Shown here one piece after another: positions 1 through 9,620 of a DNA stretch of 64,000 nt (the first letter of the stretch is position 1; every line of letters begins with the position of its first letter). Below the pieces are notes generated by a model that made no database searches, was not told the DNA's origin, and saw only the letters and a list, made by a program, of their open reading frames with translations. The position numbers and the translations under genes are program-made. The DNA comes from a virus. Taxonomy: Duplodnaviria; Heunggongvirae; Uroviricota; Caudoviricetes. The stretch lies in IMG/VR virus record IMGVR_UViG_3300027836_000006; one strand, written 5' to 3'.

Positions 1-25
1 GAGTGCGCTTAAAGAGAAGGCTCGT

Positions 26-721
26 GTGTCAGGTAGCTTGAAAAACGTTACTGTACTGAGTTTACAAGAACGCAATAGCGGCGGTTACTATCGTTCACGC
101 GAAATGGTGTGGCGTGATGCCGGCAAAGCCGATAGTTTTGATACTAACACAACATTCTACTATTTGCCATTGAGTGGATTCAATCCAATCAGCAAAGTAA
201 GTAGTGGATTTGATGTCAAACGTTTCTTCAACGACTTGAAAGAGTGCGGTGTTGATACATTGCGTAGTAAGACTATCTACGGTGTTCGTAAAGGCGACAT
301 TGAGTTTATTCAAACTCAAAAGAACTGGATCAACATCGAGGATCATATTGCTAAAGAGTTGTCGGCGATTGACAATAAATTAGTTATGAGTTTGGTGTTG
401 CAGGCTGTTGACAGTTTTAACTTGCTCAGCTATAATAGTAATATTACCTATCATGTAGAAGCTACAGATAGTCCTTATGTCAAATTGGTAAAACAGTTTG
501 CGGGGTTTGAGAAGATCAAATATAGTGAACAAAGTTTGAAAAATCTGTGCCGTATGTATGCTAAGAATGTTACATTCAACCCGCAAGACACAGTAGACAC
601 GTTTGTAGCACAATGTAAGGTTGTCTATGATCGTTATCCGTTGTTGCAGTACCTGCGTAGTGCACCAAATGAGCAAGTAGCAGAGTATATTAACTTAATT
701 GACAAGAAAGAAGGCGTATGA
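26..721 (+). CDS. hypothetical protein; reading frame is open back to the window edge, so it may be 5'-truncated
   Basis: 231-aa ORF with a GTG start in the ORF track. There is no in-frame stop upstream within the window. Its stop overlaps the next start in an ATGA. Confidence 0.45.
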   Translation: MSGSLKNVTVLSLQERNSGGYYRSREMVWRDAGKADSFDTNTTFYYLPLSGFNPISKVSSGFDVKRFFNDLKECGVDTLRSKTIYGVRKGDIEFIQTQKNWINIEDHIAKELSAIDNKLVMSLVLQAVDSFNLLSYNSNITYHVEATDSPYVKLVKQFAGFEKIKYSEQSLKNLCRMYAKNVTFNPQDTVDTFVAQCKVVYDRYPLLQYLRSAPNEQVAEYINLIDKKEGV

Positions 722-1530
722 TGGCTTATCCATTTATTATTCAAGGCAAAAACATTGTAGTCGTTATTGGCAACAAGAGCCACACAATCAGTTCAACCCA
801 TATTACCTATACAAAGGTATTGGATGCTATTAAAGCACAAGATTGGGAAACTGTTAAAGACGTAATCGAACCTAAAAAGGTTGTGCTCAATTACGGCAAA
901 GGCAATGTAAGCGTACAAGGCGAAACATTGTTTTGGAAGGGCGCAGAAATGCATAACAGTTTGAGCAAGCGTATGATCCAAATGTTACAGGACGGTTTCC
1001 CAGTTGAACCGCTTGTTAACTTTATGGAGAATCTTTTGGAGAATCCAAGTTTCCGAGCAGTTAATGAACTGTATGGCTTTTTGGAAAAGAACAGCTTGCC
1101 AATTACTCCAGACGGTTGCTTCCTTGCTTACAAAAAAGTTCGCAATGACTACATGGATATCCATAGTGGCACTTTCAACAACTCAGTTGGAATGGTTTGT
1201 GAAATGGAACGTAATAAGGTAGACGACAACCAAAATAACACTTGTAGCTCAGGCTTGCACTTCTGCTCACAAGAGTATTTGGGTTCGTTTGGTAGCAGTG
1301 ATAGCCGCACAATGATCCTTAAGATCAGTCCGCGCGATGTTGTAAGCATTCCAACTGACTACAACAACAGCAAAGGTCGTGCTTGCCGCTATGAAGTTAT
1401 TGGTGAGTTGGGTGTAGATCCAGAGGAAGCGTTTACTGCTCCTGTACAAGAAATGGCTAACCAGCCTGTGCCTGCCGGAACACAGCCAATGTATGGCGAC
1501 ATGGGTGCTTGGCCTAATTCGCCAGTCTAA
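718..1530 (+). CDS. hypothetical protein (270 aa)
   Basis: Long ORF, coupled to the upstream gene by an ATGA overlap. It is followed by a hairpin terminator. Confidence 0.55.
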   Translation: MMAYPFIIQGKNIVVVIGNKSHTISSTHITYTKVLDAIKAQDWETVKDVIEPKKVVLNYGKGNVSVQGETLFWKGAEMHNSLSKRMIQMLQDGFPVEPLVNFMENLLENPSFRAVNELYGFLEKNSLPITPDGCFLAYKKVRNDYMDIHSGTFNNSVGMVCEMERNKVDDNQNNTCSSGLHFCSQEYLGSFGSSDSRTMILKISPRDVVSIPTDYNNSKGRACRYEVIGELGVDPEEAFTAPVQEMANQPVPAGTQPMYGDMGAWPNSPV

Positions 1531-1552
1531 ATCGTTGTATTAATACAACATC

Positions 1553-1588
1553 AGTCCAGTTGATTTGTAGTTGACTGGACTTCTTTTT
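1553..1588 (+). terminator. rho-independent terminator-like hairpin
   Basis: agtccagt (1553-1560) pairs with actggact (1574-1581) around a 13-nt loop, followed by tctttttg. Confidence 0.45.
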
Positions 1589-1599
1589 GACTGTATAAT
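1571..1599 (+). promoter_or_regulatory. sigma70-like promoter: TTGACT-N17-TATAAT
   Basis: TTGACT at 1571-1576, an exact 17-nt spacer, and TATAAT at 1594-1599. It sits about 30 nt upstream of the 1630 gene. Confidence 0.6.
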
Positions 1600-1629
1600 A
1601 TACACATACTAGCAAAACAGGAGCATGAA

Positions 1630-1830
1630 ATGGGTTATAAAGTTATCGCAGACAAATCGCAAATGGACGAGATGCGTACCAAATACGGCCCACGTGCAGG
1701 ACTTGAAGGTCCATTCAACTTTGGTGGCCGTGTTGTTTACTACGATCCAAAAGAAGGTCAGTACTATGACCCAACTACAGATTTTTATGTTCCAAAAGAC
1801 GAAGTGTTTCGCTTGTATGGAATGATTTAA
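1630..1830 (+). CDS. hypothetical small protein (66 aa, Tyr/Gly-rich)
   Basis: AGGAG at 1619-1623 lies 6 nt before the ATG. The overlapping frame at 1625 looks less protein-like. Confidence 0.5.
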   Translation: MGYKVIADKSQMDEMRTKYGPRAGLEGPFNFGGRVVYYDPKEGQYYDPTTDFYVPKDEVFRLYGMI

Positions 1831-1839
1831 GGAGCTATT

Positions 1840-2307
1840 ATGCCGTGGATTGAAAATGTAGCCGCAAGTGATATTCCAATTGGATTCCATCACGATGCCG
1901 GCCCTAACAGTATGCTGATCAGCATCGTGGATCCAGCCAGCTGGCGCCCCGAAGCCAAGCATCAATTTAAAGAGCGTCATAACTTTGAGTTCTTGGACAT
2001 CGAAGAAAAAGACTTTGCTCTAGACGAAGAAATGCGTTGTAGTCATGAGCAGGCCGCAGAGCTTGTTCGCTTGCTACAACACGCATTGGAAAATCGTATG
2101 AATGTGGTTGTTCATTGCTATGCTGGCATTTGCCGTTCGGGTGCGGTTTGTGAAGTTGGAGTTATGATGGGCTTCAATGATACAGAGCGTTTCCGTAGTC
2201 CTAACTTGCTAGTCAAGCATCGCATGATGAAGGTGCTAGGTTGGACTTATGATGAAAACGAAAAGCCCAATATTGACGATTGGCGCACATTTAGATCGGT
2301 TGACTAA
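1840..2307 (+). CDS. Cys-based protein phosphatase (dual-specificity / tyrosine-phosphatase fold)
   Basis: CX5R active-site signature VVHCYAGICRSG. SD sequence aaggag before the ATG. Confidence 0.7.
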   Translation: MPWIENVAASDIPIGFHHDAGPNSMLISIVDPASWRPEAKHQFKERHNFEFLDIEEKDFALDEEMRCSHEQAAELVRLLQHALENRMNVVVHCYAGICRSGAVCEVGVMMGFNDTERFRSPNLLVKHRMMKVLGWTYDENEKPNIDDWRTFRSVD

Positions 2308-2328
2308 CACCTGAGTTGATGTTATAAT
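2300..2328 (+). promoter_or_regulatory. sigma70-like promoter: TTGACT-N17-TATAAT
   Basis: TTGACT at 2300-2305 overlaps the TAA stop of the phosphatase. TATAAT at 2323-2328. Confidence 0.6.
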
Positions 2329-2355
2329 TATACATTAAACAGTGAAAGGTACAAA

Positions 2356-2526
2356 ATGGCTGGTAAAGCGAAATCGATTTATCTCACAGTAACTACGTTG
2401 GATCACAAATCAGTTTTCCATCGTATGTTTTTTAATGCTAAAGAATTTAATGAGTTTGTTAAAACTGATGAATTCAAAGCAAAGTACCCGACAACAGAAT
2501 TTAAAATTGTAAAAGAAACTTATTAA
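2356..2526 (+). CDS. small hypothetical protein (56 aa); below the ORF-track size cutoff
   Basis: ATG with an aaagg SD upstream; translated by hand as MAGKAKSIYLTVTTLDHKS...KETY. It lies directly downstream of the 2300 promoter. Confidence 0.4.
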   Translation: MAGKAKSIYLTVTTLDHKSVFHRMFFNAKEFNEFVKTDEFKAKYPTTEFKIVKETY

Positions 2527-2541
2527 AGAAAGGAGCATAAT

Positions 2542-3147
2542 ATGCCAAGTGTATTCTTAGTAAGCGACACACACTTTGGACACACAGGTGTATGCCGCTT
2601 CACACGTAACGATGGTGTTACAAAACTTCGCCCATGGGACTCCGCAGAGGAAATGGACGAAGCTATGGTTAAGGCGTGGAACGAACGGGTAAAGCCCACT
2701 GACAAGGTCTACCACTTAGGCGATGTTGTCATTAACCGTAAAGCGTTAAAAATCATGTCGAGATTAAACGGCGACAAAGTTTTAATTCGTGGTAACCACG
2801 ATATCTTTAGGGACGACGAGTATCGTATGTACTTTAGAGAGCTTAGAGCTTATCACGTTATGAACGGTATGATCCTTAGCCATATTCCATTACACTCAGA
2901 TTCAATGGGTCGTTTTGGTGTTAACATCCACGGACATACTCACGCAAACCGTGTGCGTAAAGCTCGTGGAGTTGATGCTAGGACTGGGGAAGTCTTGTAT
3001 AGTGATGAAATTGATCCGCGCTACCATTGCGTTTGTGTGGAACAAACTCCAGACTTTGCTCCTATCTTATTTGAAGATGTCATTGCCCGCATCGAAGCTG
3101 AAGGTGGCAGTGTAGGTTTTAAAAATGGCAATGGCCCAACGATGTAA
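2542..3147 (+). CDS. Ser/Thr protein phosphatase, calcineurin/lambda-PPase-like metallophosphoesterase
   Basis: Metallophosphatase motifs in order: SDTHFGH (DxH), LGDVV (GD), GNHD and GHTH. Confidence 0.7.
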   Translation: MPSVFLVSDTHFGHTGVCRFTRNDGVTKLRPWDSAEEMDEAMVKAWNERVKPTDKVYHLGDVVINRKALKIMSRLNGDKVLIRGNHDIFRDDEYRMYFRELRAYHVMNGMILSHIPLHSDSMGRFGVNIHGHTHANRVRKARGVDARTGEVLYSDEIDPRYHCVCVEQTPDFAPILFEDVIARIEAEGGSVGFKNGNGPTM

Positions 3148-3155
3148 GGAGTAGT

Positions 3156-3617
3156 ATGCCAAAGTGTTATCAATTGATTGGTGTTCCTGCCGCAGGAAAA
3201 AGTACTTGGATTAACAGCCAAAACTGGATCGGCGGCATGGAATACGTTAGCACAGATCATCATGTTCATGCGTATGCTAAGGAACAAGGTAAGACTTACG
3301 AAGAAGTTTTTAAGGATTACATGCCCACAGCAGTAGACTTGATGGCCGCAGAAGTTGTTGCCGCTAGAGAAGCTGGACGTGATGTACTTTGGGATCAAAC
3401 TAGCACTACCGTTAAAAGTCGTGCTCGTAAGTTCAATATGCTTCCTAACTACGAGCATATTGCTGTGGTTTTTACAACTCCAGCAATAGCAGTATTAAAG
3501 GAACGTTTAGCCAATCGTGTAGGACAACCGATTCCTTGGGAAGTTGTACAAGGTATGATTGATAACTTTGAATATCCTACTAACGAAGAGGGTTTCAAAG
3601 AGATATGGCGGGTATAA
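3156..3617 (+). CDS. P-loop NTPase / kinase-like protein
   Basis: Walker A motif GVPAAGKST near the N-terminus. It is about the size of a small AAA_33-type kinase (153 aa). Confidence 0.55.
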   Translation: MPKCYQLIGVPAAGKSTWINSQNWIGGMEYVSTDHHVHAYAKEQGKTYEEVFKDYMPTAVDLMAAEVVAAREAGRDVLWDQTSTTVKSRARKFNMLPNYEHIAVVFTTPAIAVLKERLANRVGQPIPWEVVQGMIDNFEYPTNEEGFKEIWRV

Positions 3618-3630
3618 AATACGCAGTTTA

Positions 3631-3656
3631 ATAGGGCCTTTGGGCCCTATTTTTTT
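3631..3656 (+). terminator. rho-independent terminator
   Basis: Perfect 8-bp stem atagggcc/ggccctat with a tttg loop, followed by a T6 run. Confidence 0.75.
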
Positions 3657-3753
3657 GACTTAAAATACGCACATTTTGCGAGTGCGGTTTTCTCCGATTG
3701 AATAAATACACTATAACAATCTAGCATTAGATTAAAGTATATGGAGATAGCAC

Positions 3754-4827
3754 ATGTCGCTACGAATTAGACGCGGAACAGAAGCCCAACGAACAGGCGT
3801 AACCTTTGAACCTGGTGAATTAGTATACACTACTGACACAAAACAACTGTGGGTTGGAGACGGAGTCACATCAGGCGGAAGCCCTGCTGTTGGCAGTAAT
3901 ATTACTGGCTACGGACTAACATTTAACGCCAGTTCTAAAAGAATTGAAGTAGCTGGCCTAACTGCTGATGATATATCCAACGGGATTAACAATAAGTTTT
4001 TCAGTACAGATTTAGCCCAGGATGCGACAGCTGCATTGTTTGCGGCAGGTTCACATACTAATATTACTTTTCAATATGATGACGCATTAAATAAAATTAA
4101 TGCTACTGTAACTTTAGACGGCATTGGTCTTACTGATATTGTAAACGATACATCTCCAAGTCTTGGCGGCAATTTAGATATTAATTCATTCGATGTTACA
4201 GGAACAGGTAACATCAGTATTACAGGCGGAGTTACCGCTACGGCTGGATTCAAAGGCGACCTACTTGCTAATGACAACACTATAATTTTTGAGGCTAGTA
4301 ATGGACGTATTAGCGCAAACATCCAAGACGCAAACGGAAATATTCTATTTGATAAAGATGAGCAACGTATTACATTGTATAACGTAACATCTGCGTTTGG
4401 ACGTTTCTATGGTAATCAAGCTGGCGACCACACATCATGGTTAGAATTTTATTCATCTAACGGCACGTTTGCTTCTCCTTCAGCTGTTAATCCAGGCGAC
4501 AAACTAAGTGGTATGATTTTAAATTCCTGGAATGGCACAACGTACGACAAGTCTGTTGTTATTGGTGGACTAGTAGACGGCGCTGTCATTAACAACCAAA
4601 TACCTGGCCTATTTGCTGTTCAAAATACCAACTCAACTGGCAACGGCTTTGTAACATTAACATTTAATAGTAAAGGTGTACTAAGTGTTCCTGCTCTTCA
4701 AACAGGTGTATATGTAACTACACCAGCAGACACCCGCCCAACACCTGCCAAAGGCATGATTATTTTCAACGACACTTCTGGTGTTTTTGAAGGCTATAAC
4801 GGCACTGCCTGGGTCACATTAGGCTAA
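3754..4827 (+). CDS. tail-fibre-like structural protein
   Basis: N-terminal motif RIRRGTxAQR...GELVYTTDTKQLWVGDGVTSGG, which I recall from phage fibre proteins but cannot verify here. Beyond it the sequence is Gly/Thr/Asn-rich and beta-rich. Confidence 0.5.
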   Translation: MSLRIRRGTEAQRTGVTFEPGELVYTTDTKQLWVGDGVTSGGSPAVGSNITGYGLTFNASSKRIEVAGLTADDISNGINNKFFSTDLAQDATAALFAAGSHTNITFQYDDALNKINATVTLDGIGLTDIVNDTSPSLGGNLDINSFDVTGTGNISITGGVTATAGFKGDLLANDNTIIFEASNGRISANIQDANGNILFDKDEQRITLYNVTSAFGRFYGNQAGDHTSWLEFYSSNGTFASPSAVNPGDKLSGMILNSWNGTTYDKSVVIGGLVDGAVINNQIPGLFAVQNTNSTGNGFVTLTFNSKGVLSVPALQTGVYVTTPADTRPTPAKGMIIFNDTSGVFEGYNGTAWVTLG

Positions 4828-4885
4828 TACTATCCTTACAAAAAGATAACTACTAAGTCTATAAAGGCTTAAAGGTTATCTTTTT

Positions 4886-5641
4886 ATGAGAATTTGTATT
4901 ATTGGGCACCCCCGTTCGCGAAGTACTTACCTACTTAATGTAATTGCGGACTATTTCAAAATACCTGAAATCCCACACCACCAAATTAAAAATGTGTATA
5001 ACGTACTCCCAGTGGAGTGTTATCACTCATCGCAATGGGAACCAATTTGGGATCCTAACTTCCCTACATCTATTAAAGAAGAATTTTTAATCAAGTTCAA
5101 CGAGTTCCAGTCTAAGATAAAAAATAAAGCTAGTTTTATTATCAAAGTTCACCCATCGCAGTTAGCTTACTTTCCAGCAAGCGGTCAGCTAATAGATTTT
5201 GACTTGTTTGGTTTTCAACAATACAATCAAATTTACTTTACTGTACGTAAGAATCACATTGATGCAATTTGTAGTTACTTCATTGCTAACAAAACAGACA
5301 AGTGGCACTACGGCCGTGGCGACAAACCTATGGCTATTGAAGCGCAACCTATGTCTAATAATATTGCTGTTATGATTTATATTTGGCACGACTTGATAAG
5401 TCAAGAGCTAAAGAAGTACCTAGACAATAAAAATATAGCATGGAGTGAAATCTATTACGAAGACATGACTGATTACGTAAAAGACCATTATCCAACAGGA
5501 TTAGCTAACACTATAGAAACTGGGTACGACTATAAACAACTTATAACCAACTACGACGAGTTGACTGACACATATAATATACTTAAAGATAAAGTTACAG
5601 CATTGTTTTACGAACATAATCCGGATTTGAAGAATGTTTAA
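4886..5641 (+). CDS. sulfotransferase (PAPS-dependent, Sulfotransfer_3-like)
   Basis: N-terminal 5'-PSB loop IIGHPRSRSTYLLNVI, compared with the consensus IVGmPRSGTTLL. Confidence 0.6.
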   Translation: MRICIIGHPRSRSTYLLNVIADYFKIPEIPHHQIKNVYNVLPVECYHSSQWEPIWDPNFPTSIKEEFLIKFNEFQSKIKNKASFIIKVHPSQLAYFPASGQLIDFDLFGFQQYNQIYFTVRKNHIDAICSYFIANKTDKWHYGRGDKPMAIEAQPMSNNIAVMIYIWHDLISQELKKYLDNKNIAWSEIYYEDMTDYVKDHYPTGLANTIETGYDYKQLITNYDELTDTYNILKDKVTALFYEHNPDLKNV

Positions 5642-6731
5642 ATTTAGCGAGCTAAAACAATTACACTTAGAAATAACAAACAACTGCCAAGCCAGTTGTC
5701 CTATGTGTGCGAGGAATGTTCGCGGGGGTGTTGATAATCCGCTGTTGACTATTAACAACTGGACCTTAGATACATTTAAAATAATCGTATCTCCAGAAGT
5801 ACTATCACAAATCGATGTGTTTTATTTTTGCGGTAACTTTGGAGATCCAATACTAAACAATGAATTGATAGACATGTGCGAGTATGCTGTTAGCGTTGAT
5901 CCAACAGTTACTATTAACATACACACAAATGGCGGAGCCCGTAATGTCGATTGGTGGATAAAGTTAGCAAAGACATTGCCAGTAAATCATCGTGTAGTGT
6001 TTGCCATTGACGGCTTAGAAGATACTCATTCTATCTATCGCATCGGTACATCATTTAATAAAGTAATAGAAAATGCTCGAGCATTTATCAATGCCGGTGG
6101 TAAAGCAGAGTGGGCATTTATAAGATTTAAGCACAACGAACATCAAGTAAATGATGTAAGACAGATGGCAACTGAGCTAGGGTTTGAAAATTTTACTATG
6201 AAAGATAGCTCACGCTTCTTTGATAGCGAGAAATATGCTGTATTAAACAAACAAGGATCTGTAATTTATAATTTAGAGCCTTCGACGTACAGCGAAATTA
6301 AATTTATTAGTACAGACATTATTAAACAACATAAGAAATTAGTAGCCGAAAGTGAAATACAATGTCAGGCATTGGATTTAAAAGAAGTATATATAGATGC
6401 GTTTGGTAGGATTTTTCCGTGTTGTTGGATTGCTAGTACACCATATACTTCCTTCGACGAGGACATTAGATTTGCTCCAGTGCGTTATCAAATGCTAGAC
6501 GAATACAATGAACTGATTAACGCATTAGGCGGGATAGATAAATTAGATGCTACTCAGCATACAATTAAAGATATTGTTGATTCGCCGGAGTATCAATCAG
6601 TGTGGTACAAGTTTTGGGCTGAGAAGAAATTAACTGTATGTGCTAGAGCTTGTGGTGTTCTTAAGACGCCAGTATTTTCAAAACCTTCAGAGCAATATAC
6701 TAGTAAAGAAATACTTCACCAGCGTCCGTAA
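5634..6731 (+). CDS. radical SAM enzyme, family A (paralog of 19678..20757)
   Basis: CxxxCxxC motif in ITNNCQASCPMC. FCGNFGDP is GGEP-like. Shared block NARAFI(N/A)AGG...HNEHQV. C-terminal CC...C cluster. Confidence 0.7.
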   Translation: MFKFSELKQLHLEITNNCQASCPMCARNVRGGVDNPLLTINNWTLDTFKIIVSPEVLSQIDVFYFCGNFGDPILNNELIDMCEYAVSVDPTVTINIHTNGGARNVDWWIKLAKTLPVNHRVVFAIDGLEDTHSIYRIGTSFNKVIENARAFINAGGKAEWAFIRFKHNEHQVNDVRQMATELGFENFTMKDSSRFFDSEKYAVLNKQGSVIYNLEPSTYSEIKFISTDIIKQHKKLVAESEIQCQALDLKEVYIDAFGRIFPCCWIASTPYTSFDEDIRFAPVRYQMLDEYNELINALGGIDKLDATQHTIKDIVDSPEYQSVWYKFWAEKKLTVCARACGVLKTPVFSKPSEQYTSKEILHQRP

Positions 6732-7270
6732 GTTTCAAGTTGATTCAAAAATACAACTGGGTTTAATTTCCAAAACGTTTGTTCGTGCCCTCTATATATC
6801 ATTGCACAATGTTTGGATAAAGCACCAGTCTCAACAAGCGCAGGACAATAAATCTTATGTACCAGGCGTTGACTAGCAACTGGGGATTCATTGGTTGAAA
6901 TGTACATGTTGCTATCAACACCACACCACTCAATACATGCTGGTATAAAAAATTGTGCTGTTGCGTTTTGGTGTTGTTGTATTGTTCTTCCTCTAGCACG
7001 TAATGTTGATATAGGAAGTCTATCAGTGAACACACACGTTCTCGCACATATACGATAAGCATTCTCACCCAACTCAGGTAGGCTATGCGCTGCAACACTA
7101 CCTACAGCTTCATCATTATAATATAAAATCCATACTTGGCTTTTAGTTTCTTTGCGGAAACTATCTACTAGAATCTTTTGATTAGCGTTGTTTTCAAAGC
7201 CACGGCTTGCCGCACTATCGTAAAAGGATGTTAAGTCTAGCTCTTGTGTCCACGGAACTAGTTTATACAT
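6716..7270 (-). CDS. hypothetical protein (184 aa)
   Basis: ORF convergent with 5634..6731, overlapping it by 16 nt. It is the first gene of a minus-strand run of four. Confidence 0.45.
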   Translation of the reverse strand: MYKLVPWTQELDLTSFYDSAASRGFENNANQKILVDSFRKETKSQVWILYYNDEAVGSVAAHSLPELGENAYRICARTCVFTDRLPISTLRARGRTIQQHQNATAQFFIPACIEWCGVDSNMYISTNESPVASQRLVHKIYCPALVETGALSKHCAMIYRGHEQTFWKLNPVVFLNQLETYGRW

Positions 7271-8037
7271 TATATTCCAATCTTTTTCTTAAACTCTTCA
7301 GTGAAGTGACCTTCTATATTAAAAGTTAATGTCGCATACGGCAACGTCTTAGTTAGATTACCGTGCCAGTCGTGATAGTTAAATGTAGCAATATGCCCTT
7401 CTACAGGAATACACTGTACTACGTTACCAGCGTCGTCAAAATCGTATAGATTCATTTCACGCTCTTTATCAAATCTAAACCATAGCACATCATGAGGTTT
7501 TTCAAGTTGTTCAAAAGTTAACACACCTTCCTCGAATGGATAGTAGTTAAAATCTCTATGGCAAGCCTGAGGCATGTAATGGTCTATATAAAAGAAGGAT
7601 ACTTGTTTTATTTCTTTAAACGGCCAAGTTTTAACCCATTGTTTAATATCTTCGTCAACCCAATCTTTAAACTGGCCAGTACCGTAGTTAAACAAGTGCA
7701 TTGTTCTGTAAGGACTGAATACTTTATGTTGTAATTGTAGATATCGCATGAGTCCATATCTATCGTTATTATCTTCAAAATACGCAATGCGTTCTTTTTC
7801 TTTATCTGTGCCGTTTTGTTTTAAATCGTGTAATACATAATATGCTAACTTAGCCATTTTAAATGCGGGCTTGTTTAGATCTTCAAAGTTAATACCGGCA
7901 GCAGTATTCGATTCGCTATGTTGCGGCCAGTTTTTAGCAAAGAAGAAATAAAAGTCATCCTTCTTATCCAGTAACTCATTAATGTTAAGATACTGTTCTA
8001 AATTCATAAACGGTTTGCCGTTAGCTAATTTTAGCAT
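7270..8037 (-). CDS. hypothetical protein with a cupin-like HxD...H signature (paralog of 18164..18943)
   Basis: CHRD...H and HDWH elements. The C-terminus GHFTEEFKKKIGI matches GKFTEEFRQRVGI of the 18164 gene. Confidence 0.4.
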   Translation of the reverse strand: MLKLANGKPFMNLEQYLNINELLDKKDDFYFFFAKNWPQHSESNTAAGINFEDLNKPAFKMAKLAYYVLHDLKQNGTDKEKERIAYFEDNNDRYGLMRYLQLQHKVFSPYRTMHLFNYGTGQFKDWVDEDIKQWVKTWPFKEIKQVSFFYIDHYMPQACHRDFNYYPFEEGVLTFEQLEKPHDVLWFRFDKEREMNLYDFDDAGNVVQCIPVEGHIATFNYHDWHGNLTKTLPYATLTFNIEGHFTEEFKKKIGI

Positions 8038-8938
8038 TGTTGCTCTCTAAATATCTTAGTAAAGGTGATAACCCAAGATTCTTAACACCAGATGTTGCCA
8101 TGTGAATAGCATCTGTTGGACTCAGATTAAAATCTTTACAAATTTTGTTGTAATGTTGTTCGTGTGTATTCCACAAATGATCAGCTGGCACATTATCTAA
8201 GAAATAATTACCTATTGCTACACACATGGTATTTATTTGGAGGTAGTCGTTGAGTATTGTAATAGGATCTTCGTACATTACATTAGACCACCGTACTCCA
8301 ATACGATTCCATCCAGCTAGTCCGTACCCTTTACTTAGACTTGAAGAAAAACTCCATATAGCTGGATGTGTTAAATCTAAATCAATATTGCGACACGCTG
8401 TGATCCATGCTCCGTCAATATGTACTGGTATTTTTAATTCTAAGCAACGATTTAAAATTTCATTCATTTGCGGATGTACTTTACCTATCCTAGCAAACGG
8501 AACAGAAATAATTAAATGCTTACGTGGCTCTAGCGTGTCAATTGTTTTAGGAATCAACTTAGGGTTAATCAGTGTATGATATCTGTATTCATCCTGTAGT
8601 ACTTGAACATTTTGTGTAGCATGTAGTGTATCCATATAGTGGGCAACACCCAGACAAATATCAGCACGTTTAAACTTGTTGAAACCTCTAATTGAATTTA
8701 ACTTAGATTGTTCTAACCGTTGTCTAAATGTATTCTTAAACTTTTCAAATATAGGACTAGTAACTTCGTTAGTTACATCAGCCGCAGTAAATGAACTATC
8801 TAAAAAATCTAATTTAACTTTATTAGTCCTAACGTTTTCCATCAACTGCTCGTGTAGCGAATCAATAAACGGGTGGCACTTAACTGTTTGTAGATAATTG
8901 TCTGAATAGTCAGGCGCTGGTAAAAATATGTTACTCAT
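8021..8938 (-). CDS. PLP-dependent aminotransferase-fold protein (class I/II-like, short)
   Basis: SSLSKGYGLAGWNRIG matches the SxSKxxGxxGxRxG PLP-lysine motif. It is preceded by HIDGAW (DEAY-like) and ISVPFA. Confidence 0.6.
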   Translation of the reverse strand: MSNIFLPAPDYSDNYLQTVKCHPFIDSLHEQLMENVRTNKVKLDFLDSSFTAADVTNEVTSPIFEKFKNTFRQRLEQSKLNSIRGFNKFKRADICLGVAHYMDTLHATQNVQVLQDEYRYHTLINPKLIPKTIDTLEPRKHLIISVPFARIGKVHPQMNEILNRCLELKIPVHIDGAWITACRNIDLDLTHPAIWSFSSSLSKGYGLAGWNRIGVRWSNVMYEDPITILNDYLQINTMCVAIGNYFLDNVPADHLWNTHEQHYNKICKDFNLSPTDAIHMATSGVKNLGLSPLLRYLESNNAKIS

Positions 8939-9620
8939 AGTTTACCTTAAAAAACAGGCCAGCTAAGTTTTTTATATGATCAAAATGCTGATTGTCAACT
9001 GTAAAATAAATTCCAGTATCATCAAATCTAAAATTTGCTATCTGCCCTTCTTTGCTTTTATAATTTAGCCACGGACTATATATCTGGTCAAAGTTATATC
9101 TAAAAATATCAGCAGGAATGTTGTTAGGTGTAATTCTAATATTAACAGGGTTATCAATGTTACCATGCAACAACAACTGTCTTATCACTAATTGATATCG
9201 AACATGCGATCCAAAATTTATTGCTGAATGTACTCGGCCAGCATCCATGTTCCACCAAGTGTAATCTTTTTCTGTAGAGTGAAGTTTGTGTGTATCCAAA
9301 TCAACTAAAAAACAGTTGTTACCCGATAAGTTTAAGTGCCACCTATCATCTATGTCAGCATGTAGTGTATAGCAAGTTTCCTGATCTAATTTCATTAACC
9401 GTGCTTCACCTTTTTCAAACGGCAATGTATCCAATACTCTTTGCCAAACTGTATTCTTATATTCGTCTTTGATTTGCCAAGCATCGTAAAAGAAATTACC
9501 AGTTGGCTGATTTAATATTATTCTGCGCTCACCGCCTGGAAACTGCGACAAGTTCATTATTTGGGCAAATGCTTCGTCAAATAGTTCTTTCGGCAATTGA
9601 AATTGTGTCTTAGTTAACAT
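8931..9620 (-). CDS. hypothetical protein; possible cupin/2OG-oxygenase-like (HADIDD...VHSAINFG)
   Basis: 229-aa ORF. Its start codon lies inside the left arm of the 14-bp inverted repeat at 9618-9631. Confidence 0.4.
   Translation of the reverse strand: MLTKTQFQLPKELFDEAFAQIMNLSQFPGGERRIILNQPTGNFFYDAWQIKDEYKNTVWQRVLDTLPFEKGEARLMKLDQETCYTLHADIDDRWHLNLSGNNCFLVDLDTHKLHSTEKDYTWWNMDAGRVHSAINFGSHVRYQLVIRQLLLHGNIDNPVNIRITPNNIPADIFRYNFDQIYSPWLNYKSKEGQIANFRFDDTGIYFTVDNQHFDHIKNLAGLFFKVNYE

Noticed and set aside
1536-1549. 14-nt perfect palindrome ttgtattaatacaa right after the stop of 718..1530
   Set aside because: Too short and AT-rich to distinguish from chance. It cannot form a stable hairpin with no loop. 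Possibly a protein site, but unsupported.
3697-3726. TTGAAT ... TATAAC / AATAAATA elements upstream of the fibre gene 3754
   Set aside because: The spacing between -35-like and -10-like elements is 8 nt rather than 17, and the ATAAATA lies 46 nt from the ATG, unlike the 20-21 nt seen at the three other late-like sites. Not called.
4841-4883. 9-bp inverted repeat aaagataac...gttatcttt with a 25-nt loop between the fibre gene and the first sulfotransferase
   Set aside because: The loop is too large for a confident intrinsic terminator, and the T-run is part of the stem. It might mark the island's left boundary, but I found no matching repeat at the right boundary.
6640-6876. 78-aa + ORF spanning the convergent junction of 5634..6731 and 6716..7270
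   Set aside because: Overlaps two better-supported genes in alternative frames, has no SD, and is low-complexity. Spurious.
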